A stretch of 64,000 nt of DNA from Octopus sinensis (lineage: Eukaryota). The notes under the pieces were generated by a model. The model worked only from the letters and a program-made list of their open reading frames with translations, was not told where the DNA came from and made no database searches. The DNA lies in the NCBI RefSeq assembly GCF_006345805.1, contig NC_042997.1, positions 83,328,001 through 83,392,000 of the forward strand, given 5' to 3'. Below are positions 52,146 to 64,000 of the stretch, piece after piece; within the stretch, counting starts at the first letter, position 1; each line of letters opens with the position of its first letter. The translations under genes and the position numbers were made by a program.

Positions 52146-52880
52146 TTGTTTGACTGAATAGCCTAGTAAATGCCTAGTTGGTAGGTGAATAAAGCACAAC
52201 AACATTTAAACTCTATTATAAGACAGGTATTTAATTCAAAACTATACTAGTTATCTCTCATGACACTGACAACATCATTATTTCTCATATGAACATATTG
52301 CATATTTCCTGTACATGGGAATAAAGAATAGAAAAGTAAACAGAGAAAACAAAAGAAAAAATGAAAATATTGCAGCTGTAGTTGTCTCTTTAGCTGCATA
52401 GGTTAACTCAGAACAAATAAATCTATGATCAAATACATTCAATCCTACAACAATCCTCTCTTCATTTCAGACAGTGTATCCAATGTTCCTTTTTTTTTTT
52501 TATTAAGGATCTGAAGAAAATTTAGCTATTATTTCTTGTATTCTGAGCAACTATGTAGAGGTGCCCACTCAGGATAGAGAGCATAGAACATGAATAATCC
52601 TTCAGAAATTCTTGCAGCTTATTCATCAAGTTGAGGGAAAGCCTTTTTAGAGGCTAAAGATATGACTTGAATGTATTTCAAAATAGATAAGATGGATGGA
52701 AATGTTATTTTTGCATAGTTTATTAATTTATGAAAAGTATATTTATTGTGATTCTCATTTCTTGTGATATAATTGAAATAATTTCTAGAGGTATAAGTGA
52801 AAATACAGTAGAGATTTATAAAGTGGTAGTCAATAATGGAAAAGTGGTAGTAAATAATAGAAAAGATTATTGATAATATA

Positions 52881-53420
52881 CAAGGTGTCCCAAAAGTCAC
52901 TGATGGGTTTCAAATTTTAATAACTTCCTTAATTTTACAAATAAATGCATGAAATTCTGATTCAATATAAAGGTCATAATGGAAATTAATATGCATGAGT
53001 CAAATTTTGCAAAACCACTACATCACATAAGAAAAATGACATAGCTTAAATGGCAGCCAATTTTGGCTTTGCATGCCTGTGCTCTTTCTAAAACTTGCAC
53101 CATAACACCCTCAAGAGTTTCGGACCCCACTTCTCTGATTTCTCTATTGATGTTCTCCTTCAGTTGCATCAGGGTCTCTGGTTTGTTAACATAAACCCTC
53201 TCTTTCAGGAATCTCCACAAGAAAAAATCTGGACTAATCAAGTCTGGGGAACATGAAGGCCATTCAAAGTAGACCTTGCACGTGGTTCCAGCAAGATGGG
53301 GCAACTGCTCATACCACAAAAGAAACAATGCAGTTACTATGGCAATGCTTTGGAAAGAGAATACTCTTCTGCTATGGCAATGTCAACTGGCTTTCACGTT
53401 CCCTAAATCTGACTAGCCCA
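52881..53420 (-). mobile_element. Tc1-like (DD37D-like) 3' fragment with an internally inverted segment
   Basis: TA-CAAGGTGTCCCAAAAGT TIR; minus WPSCSPDLISPDFFLWRFLKERVY; plus WFQQDGATAHT...SPD at 53270-53420. Confidence 0.85.
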
Positions 53421-53658
53421 GATCTAAACAATAACAAAACTTTAATGAGTTTCATACCTGTTTACTCTGAGTTCAAATCCTGGAAGAGCTAGTTTTGCAT
53501 TTCATCCCTCCAAAAGGAGTGGCATTTAAAGTAATGTGTATCAGTAATATACTAAGATATAGTTGCTCTTTCAACTGACTGGACAAAATAACACAATATT
53601 TGTAGAGAAACATTCTCAGCAAAAATTCAAAGAAGAAACAGAAAAGTAAAATACTCAC

Positions 53659-53760
53659 GGTGCTCATGCTCAGTTGATGTAATAGTTGCATCTCGACACA
53701 TTTTTTCCATCTCCACTTCTAGGTCAAAAAATATGCTTTCTATATCGGGATTAACATTAT
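53659..53760 (-). CDS. SNX13: SNX13 exon, PXA (102 nt, phase 1->1): DNVNPDIESIFFDLEVEMEKMCRDATITSTEHEH
   Basis: ttgttgtag acceptor and gtgagt donor; matches FFEVEVEMEKEVCRD; phase fits both neighbours. Confidence 0.95.
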
Positions 53761-54655
53761 CTACAACAAAAAAAACTCACAATTGTTATATAGAAAATGA
53801 ATTTGAAAGAACACAAGAACAATACAGATTATACCCTGACAACAAATTCAAATATTGACTAATTTTATTTTAATTTTTTCTGGTTTAGTCAGAGGAAGAA
53901 GGGCACAGTCTGTAACCTTTGCATGGCCTCTGAAACTGGTGGGGTGAGGAAGGGGAGAATAAGACACAATTTACTAGTTATAACTGATGAGCTTTTTCAC
54001 AGTTTTCTGTTACCAAACTTTACTCACAAGGCTTGAATCAATTTGATGCGATAGATAAAAGACATTGTGTAATGTAGTGGGATCAAACCCAGAACTGTGG
54101 TATTATTAAATGAACTTCTTTATCACATATCTGTACTTGCACCCACAAAGGAACATGTACATGCCAATGTGATTACAATGTTGAGCAGGGAATACTCTTC
54201 CAAGAAAATGTGCTTCTGAGTTCGCAATACTAACATTAATTGATATTATAAATTAAGATGTGGTGAACAAAAGAAATAATAGAACCCAATTCCCTTGGAA
54301 ACTATACAACTGGTTATATAAATACAGGTAACATTATGTATAAGTGTTAAGAGTAGTTTCATTTACACTCATCTGAAGCCTTCAGCAGATTCTGGCCATT
54401 TACAAAGAGATCTGCACATTAAATCAATAGCGCAATAGCTGTGTGGGTAGTAGACTATAGACAGCATATAAGTTCGCAGGTAGGTATGACAGCATGGTCA
54501 AAACTGCGAAATTACAACAGCAAATGTGGTGCATTTCTGAGCAAGACAACTCTACTTGCCCCACAGCAGAAAGGGCAGTTAATGTGTTAATAAGATATAA
54601 GTGTATGCATATCTATTTATATATATAAAAAAAAAATTATAGGATGAGAGCTTAC

Positions 54656-54771
54656 CATCTTTAAGGAGGCTTTTAAATTTTTCATTTGCCCTCCTATATA
54701 ACCGAATATGAGAAGCGAAATCGTCAACCAACTTTTGGGTGAAATATGGCATCCATTCAACTTCTTTTGAT
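54656..54771 (-). CDS. SNX13: SNX13 exon, PXA domain (116 nt, phase 2->1): (R)SKEVEWMPYFTQKLVDDFASHIRLYRRANEKFKSLLKD
   Basis: ctttgaag acceptor and gtaagc donor; matches recalled human SNX13 RSKEIDWQPYFTTRIVDDFGTHLRVFRKA. Confidence 0.95.
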
Positions 54772-55879
54772 CTTCAAAGCAAACAAACATTTAATATTAT
54801 ATAAGATTTAAATACAGTTAATAATAGAATATTAATTATATCTCAAATTTTAAGTATTTTCTGCTTTAGGTTTTATTCTTTTATCATGATCAACTGATTT
54901 TCATATGGGTAGACATTAATGAGGATTGTTCTCATAGCAATAGCCATTCTTATACAAGTTCATCATACTGACTTGCTCATAAATCCTTTTAAATTACGCC
55001 TTATTTTAGAAACTTCTGAATTACATTAGAGAAGAATCACAATAAGTATTTGAAAAAACAGGTTTAAAATTAGAAACTTAATGGTTACACGCCCACCAAA
55101 AATAAAGAAAGCCCTGTCTACCCCAGGTAGTATGTATCAATCTCATACAATGTCATCCTGAACCAATCTTTTCCACCACAATTACCAGCTCATAAAACTT
55201 TGTATACTCTATTCTCATTATGCCACATAATCTTTTTCCTCTCATCATTTATTTTCTCTGGTCTCTTCAAAGCCTTCTCTTTAGCAAATAACTGCTGCAT
55301 CTAATATTGTGATGTAGTTACAGTTATTTACAACCATTCTGTTCATTATATTCCAATTACACATTCAACAGATTGAAATATATTCAACATTTAGTGAAAG
55401 AAAAACACCATCTTGACATTTGAGAAGCACAATTCATGACCACAGTCTGAAGCAGTTAGCAATTATAAAATGACATGTCTATAAAAGAGCAATAGGGATT
55501 TCTCACATAGGCAAGGCCATAAATCTAGGAGAACGCATTGTATATGAATGATACTTTTAACTTTATTGACCCTGAAAGGGTGAAAGGCAAAGTTGCTCTA
55601 GGTACAATTTTAAGACAGAAGTTTAAGAGTCTACACAAATACCAAATGGCATTTTGTTTGATGTTCAAATAAGAGAGCAATATGTCTATGAAACCAGGCA
55701 TTTTCTGGGACTGCAGAAGAAAGATCTTTGCAAAGTTTCAGTATAATTTTGTTTCCCCGGTCCATTTTATAAAATGGACAGGAAGAATGAAAAGTGAAAT
55801 ATGATGATAACAGTAATCTCCTGGTATACTAAATTTTTATTATTATCGTTGTTATTATTGTTATTATTATTATTATTAT

Positions 55880-56500
55880 CATTATTATGGATAGGCTTCA
55901 ACCTGGGCTGCAGCAACAAAGTCTACTTGCTGCACTTCTTTGTTCAACTTCACTACCTTGAGGTCATGGATACATTCTAGGCCAGTGTCTGTGATTAAGT
56001 AGTCAATGTAAGTGTGACAATGTTTTCCTCTCTTTACATCACCATGAAGTGGATTCCACAAGACTAATTTGAAGATTTCCAGTTCAGGGTGGCTCACACA
56101 ATGACCAGATAGTTACAACTGTCTTTGCCTGATCTTCACACCAACTTTTGGCAGGTCTCCATAAAGGCTTTCATTTGTCATATGTTGCTGCCATTTCACA
56201 TTTAGGGCAATTCATAGCATCCTTGTATAGCAGCCATCTAGCCCATTTGATAATTTCATTGTCAGTGTCCATATTTCACTGCCATACAATTAGACAGTTG
56301 CAATGAACAGCATTTTCATTTGCTTGGGTAATTTGGGGTTTCAGACCTTCTTTAATTTGTGGCAAGCTGCTCATGCTTGTGCCTTCCTGATTTTGATGTC
56401 TGCTTTTGAACTGCTCACCCAACCACCTAAGTTTGGTATCAACTTCATCATCAATGTCACCTTTGACATCATTAAGGTCATCAATGCTATGAATGACAGG
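55880..56500 (-). mobile_element. RTE-type LINE RT C-terminal fragment with (TAA)n tail
   Basis: ADIKIRKAQA.AACHKLKKV and HPELEIFKLVLWNPLHG. Confidence 0.8.
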
Positions 56501-57861
56501 ATAAAAAAATGTGGTTGATAAGAAAAATTTAGATATGATCCTACATTTGTGACATATGCATTGAAAGCCTATATAAATACCACAGATATAATATTTTGAA
56601 ACTTAGGCACTACTATATGCTATGTAACAATATTTTTAATTTCCAGAGCTATGAATTTCATCTTTCATTATTTTCAGCTTTTCAATGTTTAGAAACATTA
56701 TACAATGACTATGAATTAAGGAAAGTACTTATTTCAAAAATTAAATTGTGTTTTATGTCCATTTACACTTAGTCTGACAATTTTTATTGTTGTTTAGCTC
56801 CAAGTTGGCCTGCATTGTGTAGACTATGATCAAAGGCATTCCAGCCATTATCAGCAATTTTTCTCTCTCTTAGGCATAGTGTAGTTTGAACTACAACTTC
56901 TATGTCTTTAAAAAAAAAAGATTAGAGTATGATTTGAAGACAATTTTACAGCATTTTTATCAGATCAAGTATCTTATAGAATTTAGCCTGTCATTAGGCA
57001 ATCGTTTACCCAATTATGTTCTAAAGTTAATTTCAGCCATTTATTTAATACCAGTGGGCAATGACACAAAGTATACAATGTTGCCAAAAGAGCATTATAT
57101 ATCAAGGAAAAAATGCAGACTACATTGACCTCCCAAGACTGGAATGTTCTATCAAGAGCTCTGAAAAAGTCTGAAAATAATGAAGTTAAAATCTTCCCTT
57201 TATAACCATAGAACACCTATTTTCAAAAACAAAATAATTGGCTTTCTTATATTACACAGCCTTCCATTATCCAAACGTCAATCAAAGATAGGGGTGATTA
57301 AGCAACAGTTTATCATTGTTAGTGAGCTATCAAAACTGATTCAATTATTGTGAACTTTAAATGTATTAGGTAAATGTAAAGAACTAATGACTAAAAGTAC
57401 ACACAATCAAGCTAATGAGAGGGCTTTGACATAAAAGCTCATGCTATTAAAAAAAGCAGTCAAATTTCTTTCATATTATTCAACCATCATAAAAAAGAAG
57501 ACACACAAAAAAAATTAGCCTCTTTAAAAAAAATAGAAACAAGATGGCCTCAGCTGAAATGTCATCAACTCTCTGGTATTTAATCTAGTCATGTTCATTC
57601 CAAATATTCTACCAGTTTTATGCTAAAATTGACCAGATCCAACCTTTCACACTTACTCTACAATGTCATTCTAAAAATATACAAATGCACCATTGAAATT
57701 TTGAAGCTACAAGCTAATGCATGAGTATTTCCAAATGTGAATAAATAAGCAATACATTTGACAAAGAAATCTAAATGCTAAAAGGTTAACATAAACAGGT
57801 CTACTTGATCTGAGCTAACCTGCAGCTAAACAAGTACACACAAATATAATACTTAAACTAA

Positions 57862-58240
57862 TTCTTTTATTCTTTTACTTGTTTGTCATTTGACCGTGGC
57901 CATGCTAGAACACTGCTTTAAAGGGTTTTAATCGAAGAAATTGACCTCAGGTCTTATTCTTATTCTATCAGTCTCTTTTGCCGAACCGCTAAGTTATGGG
58001 GGACAGAAACACACCAACATCAGTTTTCAAGAAGCGGTGGTGGGAGAACAAACACACACACACACACACACACACGCGCGCGACAGGTTTCCTTCAGTTT
58101 CAGTCTACCAAATTCACTCACAATGCTTTGATTGGCCCAAGGCTGTAGAAGACACTTGCCCAAAGTGCCACGTAATGGGACTGAACATGGAACTATGTGG
58201 TTGGAAAGCAAGCTTCTTATTACACAACCATGCCTGCACC
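57862..58240 (-). mobile_element. SINE family A, full length
   Basis: Head, (CA)n core and tail all present. Confidence 0.88.
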
Positions 58241-58984
58241 TGAGAAAAACAGTGTGCAAATGTGTGTGTGTGTGTGTGTGTGTAACTTTAACAAACCAGT
58301 CAATGTGATTCATGTTTAACTTGAATTTCTATAAGCTGACACATGAAGGAAAAGAGTGAGACAGAAGGGGATGAAGGCTTGAACCAAATATTTAATGCAG
58401 GTTTAGGAAGTGAGAAAATAAAGATGATAGGAAGAGATGTGGTGAGGGCATCAGATGGGTTTTTTAGTAGTGCAATACACTGATACTGATTACAAGTTCA
58501 GAGAAACAGAAACAACAGAGGGGAAAAAAAAACAAAGCAAAACATTGGGCTAATTGTTAGTGTATTGGTAAGTGAAAACTTGCCAGTTTATTAGATGGTT
58601 TCTTCTTTGGTTTTTATGTAAACTGAATGTGAGCACGTGTCAGCTTTGTCCCAGAAATGTTAGTAGTACTTTAATATGAATAGTAAATGTGCCTTGTAGA
58701 GAAAGAACAAGCAGCTGTTCAGTGTTGAATTAATTTCTAGCCTTAAAGAAGAGGTCCTATGAGATATAATTTTGATTATAATTATTGATGTATAATTTGC
58801 TATGAAAATTCTGGCTTAATACTTAATGCATTTGCCAGAGAATAACATGCACTTTTACACTTTAAAAAAAAGTTACTTTTCTGTCTAAAGTTATTTTCCT
58901 AGGAAACAAATTATTTTGCTTTTAAATTAAGATCCACTACTATAGAGGGAAAAAATAAGGTACATAACAATATCTAAGCATTAA

Positions 58985-59193
58985 CCCTTTACCTGTCCAA
59001 AGCATTTTCATAAGTTTGCCCTAAGCACCCATACTTGTTTCCAGATTTTTAGTTGTCCCTGTATCATATATTCTGAATAATATCTTTCCTTTCATTATGT
59101 CCCACAAAAAATTGGGCATGTATCACATAAGATACATAAACTCCAGGGAAAAGTGTTCTGGGTATCATATGTGATACACAGTCAAGCAAAGGG
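58985..59193. mobile_element. piggyBac-type MITE
   Basis: TTAA|CCCTTT...AAAGGG|TTAA; a related start lies near 31660. Confidence 0.8.
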
Positions 59194-59254
59194 TTAAATT
59201 AATATATACCAGCACAGTGCAAAAAATCTCATTTATTTGATCCTTTGTAAAATA

Positions 59255-59640
59255 TTGGGTTGGCAAGAAAGTAATTTTTGTTTTTTAGTGTAAAATAAAA
59301 ATCTTTTTTTTTTCATACAAAGAATGAACTTTAATCAATTATATATTTTCCATTTTGTTCAATGACCTTCTGACTCTTTTTTTTTTTTTCATTTGAAGAA
59401 AATCTCTGAGCGCTTTTGTTTTTATGTGAACACATATCTTTTTTGATACCGTCTTCCAATTCCATAAAATGTAGCCTATAATGTAACACACTCAACACAA
59501 GCCAAGCTACTTTCCACTTGGAAAGTGGACTGGCCTATCTATAAGTAAGATCAGCAGCATCATTAAATCTAACATTTCATTTGGTTAGATCCTCCCTAGC
59601 TTTGGAAATTAGTATCTTACTTAAAGCACCAACCCAATTA
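59255..59640 (-). mobile_element. Internally deleted mariner
   Basis: TIR TATTGGGTTGGCAAGAAAGT and transposase end KVIEQNGKYIID*; the putative left end falls inside the palindrome arm. Confidence 0.6.
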
Positions 59641-59961
59641 TTTTATGATTCAAGAGTGGGGGGAAGTCAGTTATTGGATAAGCTCTACAAAGTATATACA
59701 TCCAATCACAATCCAGTTGTATATAAAACGCAATCAATTTATTCACATTTAAATTTTTTCTCCCAAGGAATTCATTTCCTTGGGAGAAAAAATTTAAATG
59801 TGAATAAATTGATTGCGTTTTATATACAACTGGATTGTGATTGGATGTATATACTTTGTAGAGCTTATCCAATAACTGACTTCCCCCCACTCTTGAATCA
59901 TAAAATAATTGGGTTGGTGCTTTAAGTAAGATACTAATTTCCAAAGCTAGGGAGGATCTAA
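59585..59961. repeat. Perfect palindrome: 186-bp arms, 5-nt spacer TTCAT
   Basis: 59585-59770 is the exact reverse complement of 59776-59961; mirrored ORFs appear in the track. Confidence 0.97.
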
Positions 59962-60913
59962 TGCAATCATAAAGAGAACAATGCCCAATGTTTCTTCTGC
60001 AAGTGAATACAGGAAACAATTCAATGGTTTTGTAGCATTTAAACACAACACACACACACATTATATATATTGTACAAACTGACAAATCTTAATAAATAGT
60101 TCAGGTTTAAAAACTGGATATAATTATGCTTACGTGATTAAATGAATGAGTACCTGACCGGAGATTATTTAGTTTAAAAGTTCAAAGTGTCAAGAATTTG
60201 TTTAGAGAATTGCAATCTTTGTCACTGATGACATGTTTCTCACTATCAGAAACAATTTGATAGCAAGTGTTTGATAATTTTAAAAAATTGCATAAAACAG
60301 GTAACGGGAACTGTTTCAGCTCACACCTTACAAGTTTACCAGGCAGTCTCCTGAGTTTCTTGGTAGTTTTGCAATAAGGGACCAGGCCCTTCGATGGTAA
60401 AACTGAAAGATTCAGCCAAGAAAAATTCAACCGACTGATCACTTATGACAGTATGAAGATTTGGTGACATGGCTCTATACACCAGACTACAAATGAAAAT
60501 TGGTGTATAATGTACTAGTTGAAATCTTGATGATCAGAGTGAAACTGAATCTAAAGACAGCAACCAGGTACAGATTGTTCACCCTATTTAAACATCAACT
60601 GATCAAAACTGGACAAACCCTTTCCTGTATTTTGTTAACTGTTAGGGTATTCCACCACATCATTTTATTAAGTGTCATAGAGATTCACCAAGGTGTTGTT
60701 TTTAAAGTCTGCTGTCTCCAAACCTCTAGAAATCCCAACACACACTTTGGGCTGGGCTCCGCATATACATTCTGGTACCCAAAGATTGTATCATGTCTTT
60801 GAAGAACAACACAACCATCATGTTTAATCATATAGAAATGGACAAAGGTTAATCTCATTGTTAAAATGTTGAAATTTTACTAATAGAACAGAAGAATATT
60901 TAGAGAAAGATAC

Positions 60914-61020
60914 TTATGGCCGGTTCATAAGGCAACCCAGGGTTTCGCATCCATAAAGTCTAAGTAAAGCTAAGCACTTTAGGACACAAAACCCTGGGTA
61001 ACCTTATGAACTGACCATAA
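60914..61020. mobile_element. Small MITE with about 34-bp TIRs, TA-flanked
   Basis: TTATGG(C/T)C(G/A)GTTCATAAGG..ACCCAGGGTTT on both strands. Confidence 0.75.
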
Positions 61021-61026
61021 CTCTCA

Positions 61027-61085
<59 letters not shown>

Positions 61086-61168
61086 ATAAAAAAAAAACAA
61101 GAAAAACACAACGCGAGGACGTGGTACATGCAAAGTATTAAAAGATGCTCAGGGAAGGAAAGAAAGAG

Positions 61169-61205
61169 TGTTTTACGTTTCGAGCAAGGCTCTTCTTCAG
61201 AAACA
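61169..61205 (-). ncRNA. Minimal type I hammerhead ribozyme (Penelope pLTR type)
   Basis: TGTTT-CTGAAGA-A-GAGC(CTT)GCTC-GAAA-CGTA-AAACA: intact core, 4-bp helix II, palindromic ACGT helix III, 5-bp helix I. Confidence 0.75.
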
Positions 61206-61363
61206 GGAAACAGAGGAAAGTCCAAGAGAAAAGGAAGATGGATAAAAAATTTTTTTTTTTTTTTTTAAATCGCTAACAATCCAGATGTAGTTACATTTTA
61301 TCATTTGTAGAAAACATAAATCCAGAGAAGGACCATACTCAAAGATGTGGAGCTGTGTATATT

Positions 61364-61734
61364 TTAATGGGGAAGGCCAGTTTATGGGATTGCCATGGGT
61401 TTCCTGTCTATAAAGGGTTTAGCTTTATGGCATATCATCAAACCCCAAACTCTGTTGGCCAAAGACCTCTTCAAAATATGGAGTGGGGAAAATCTTCACT
61501 ACAAAGGTAAACAGGAGATCATCTCCCTTTGCCATTGCCTGTCAGAAGTCGATAGCCAATAGTGAAGGGAGATAATCCCCTATTGTTTACCTTTGTGGTG
61601 AAGCTTTTCCTCACTCCATATTTTGAAGAGGTCTTAGGCCAACAGGTTTTGGGGGTCTGATGTTATGTCATAAAGCTAAACCCTTTATAGACAGGAAACC
61701 CAGGCTAATCCCATAAACCAGCCTTCCCCATTAA
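61364..61734. mobile_element. TTAA-flanked fold-back element with about 170-bp imperfect arms
   Basis: TTAA|TGGGGAAGG...CCTTCCCCA|TTAA; arms roughly 85-90% identical by eye. Confidence 0.85.
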
Positions 61735-63654
61735 TATGTATGTATGTATCATCATCATCATCGTTTAACGTCCATTCTCCATGCTAGCATGTATGTATGT
61801 ATGTATGTATATACAGACATACTAATTGGTTAAAATAGCATTTTTCTTCTCTTACAATCAACATATATTTATCTTTATGTATGTTTAATATATTTTAACA
61901 GCCACAAAATTTTTAATCTGATTCATAATTTTTTAAATTGGTTTTCTATTTTAAACAAAAACATATACATGGATGCATGGTTAAAAAAAAGTTAAGTTTT
62001 CAACCACATGATCTTGAGCTCAATCCCACTGTATAGCACTTTGAGTAAGTGTTTTCTACAGCCTGAAATGTTGGTGGATGGGAAGTGTACAGAAGCCTGT
62101 GTGTATATAGGCATTTGTGTGTATATACATACAATGTGTGTGAATGTATATATATATATATATATATAATATATATATATATATATAATATATGCATGTA
62201 AGTGTGCATGCATGTATATGTATGTGTTTGTCTCCACATGCCTTCACATTGGTACCATTTGGACAGTTGCACCATTTACTTATAATTTGTTCAAAGAACA
62301 TGTCCAGCAGCTCAAGCAATTCAACATGTTAAGACCAACAGAATAGAGTACCTTACTTGAAAATCAAGTAAACTTTGGCATCAAGGTCATTCAGCTACAA
62401 AGGAATGTCACAACCCATGCCAACATGGAAAATGTGAACATAAAAACAATGATGATGTTGATGATAAAGTAAATTCATAACAAAGTAAATGTCAGCTTAA
62501 ACAGCAATAAAATAAATGTTCTACTTTTTAAGGGTCAATTTCATGAATGGCAATATTTTTTTTGTTTTTTTTTATTAAAATCTAAAAATCAATATTTTGA
62601 GAGAAGTGAAGATGCCTTCTTTGCTAGCTGGTAATAGGATCAATATTTTCACTGAATGAAACAAAACGTAAATAAATACATAAGCCTCACTCTAGTGATG
62701 ATATACTCATTAACTTATATTGATTGTCAGGTAAGAACATTGTTATTGGCAAATAATGAATATATTTTCATAAATATCTTTGGGCAGCTGTCATTATTTA
62801 ATGATTTTGTTTGCGATTTTGAAATTTTTTTAATTATTTCCATTTTTTCTCTCAGACATTGACATAAGTCCACATAGGCCTGGACTTGAATAAAAGAATA
62901 TATCTTCTTAACAGAAGTTGTGTAGAATAATGTTATGAACATGATAATGGTAATATTAATGAGTTCAGGACTAAAGAATTGATTTCCAGAGCACATAAGA
63001 AGCAACTGCTTGGTAATCTACATTAATTTTCAAGTTATTTATAGCTTGTTTTTAATGTTTGCCCTGAATAATGGCATGACTAAATATCTTTTATTTTGTT
63101 TTGTTTTTAACTTCAAAATAGCTAATATAAATACCAGTAATGTGTTGAGAATTAGATCATCTGATAGCATTCCTTTATAGAGTATGACTGAGTCGTAATG
63201 TTAAAATGATCGTTATTATTGTCAATGTTGGAAGAATCAATAGAGCTGCCTAATAGTAATTAGCAGCATCCTTTTATCTATTTCTCCTTTAGTTTTTACT
63301 TCTTTCAGTCATTGGACTGTGGCCATGCTGGGGCACCACCATCAAGAGCATACTCAAACAAATTAACCCTATTATGTATTTTTTTTTAAAGTTAGGTGCA
63401 TATTCAACTGGTCTCTTTTGCCAAGCTGGTAACTCACAGGCATGTAAACAAACCATCAACAGTTTTCAAGTGGAGAGAGAAGGGAGCAAACAAGCACAAA
63501 GAGACACACACACATAACAACATATATATATATAAAAAAACATAACAATATATATATATACTAGCAGAGATACCCGACATTACCCATGTTACATGCAATT
63601 GAAGAATTAGACTTTTCTGTTATATTTTCTGTAATGAACTGGAATACCTATACT

Positions 63655-63853
63655 CTTTACTTTTACTCTTTTACTTCTTTCAGTCATTTTGACTGCGGCC
63701 ATGCTGGAGCACCGCCTTTAGTCGAGCAAATCGACCCCGGGACTTATTCTTTGTAAGCCCAGTACTTATTCTATCGGTCTCTTTTGCCGAACCGCTAAGT
63801 AACAGGGACGTAAACACACCAGCATCGGTTGTCAAGCAATGCTAGGGGGACAA

Positions 63854-63904
<51 letters not shown>

Positions 63905-64000
63905 TACGACAGGCTTCTTTCAGTTTCCGTCTACCAAATCCACTCACAAGGCATTGGTCGGCCCGGGGTTATAGCAGAAGACACTTGCCCAAGATGCCAC
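63655..64000 (-). mobile_element. SINE family A, young copy, cut by the window end
   Basis: CpG-rich and near consensus, with a (GAGTAAAA)n tail. Confidence 0.9.

Noticed and set aside
52240-52360. Very long pyrimidine tract with an acceptor near 52308
   Set aside because: Reads to a stop after about 20 codons and has no good donor; only a possible cryptic terminal exon.
59581-60085. Two ORFs (114 and 154 aa) sharing an identical peptide on opposite strands
   Set aside because: A consequence of the perfect palindrome, not a gene pair.
60182-60802. Two ORFs and a 63-nt exon-like unit near 60340-60402
   Set aside because: No recognisable family; splicing into exon 54771 in phase 2 would create TGA at the junction.
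62727-63005. 92-aa ORF with a faint hAT dimerisation-like PEL...TL..TTSV pattern; also checked as an upstream SNX13 exon
   Set aside because: Similarity too weak to call and no SNX13 homology in any frame.

Overview
AT-rich, microsatellite- and TE-dense eukaryotic DNA. The SINE, LINE and mariner families are most consistent with an Octopus genome (inference from repeat recognition, no search run). The window appears to lie inside one minus-strand gene, sorting nexin 13 (SNX13). I assembled 12 GT-AG exons by hand (54771 down to 2176). They encode the C-terminal part of the PXA domain, the RGS domain and the linker up to the start of PX; the 5' and 3' ends of the gene lie outside the window. 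Splice phases match across every intron except the 28.8-kb intron 2276-31124, which needs a hidden 3n+2 exon. That intron holds several microexon-like candidates, an RBFOX (UGCAUG) motif cluster and a 100-N gap. The introns also carry mariner/Tc1 copies and MITEs, CR1-, RTE- and R4/Dong-type LINE fragments, rearranged Penelope-like elements and several SINE families. Other notable items are a minimal Penelope-type hammerhead ribozyme in the SNX13 sense orientation, a CR1 LINE sharing a covarying 3' stem-loop with the commonest SINE, and at least six long fold-back elements, one a perfect 186-bp-arm palindrome. No evidence for a wholly new multi-gene system; the best leads concern RNA processing (splicing, dsRNA/editing, self-cleavage).
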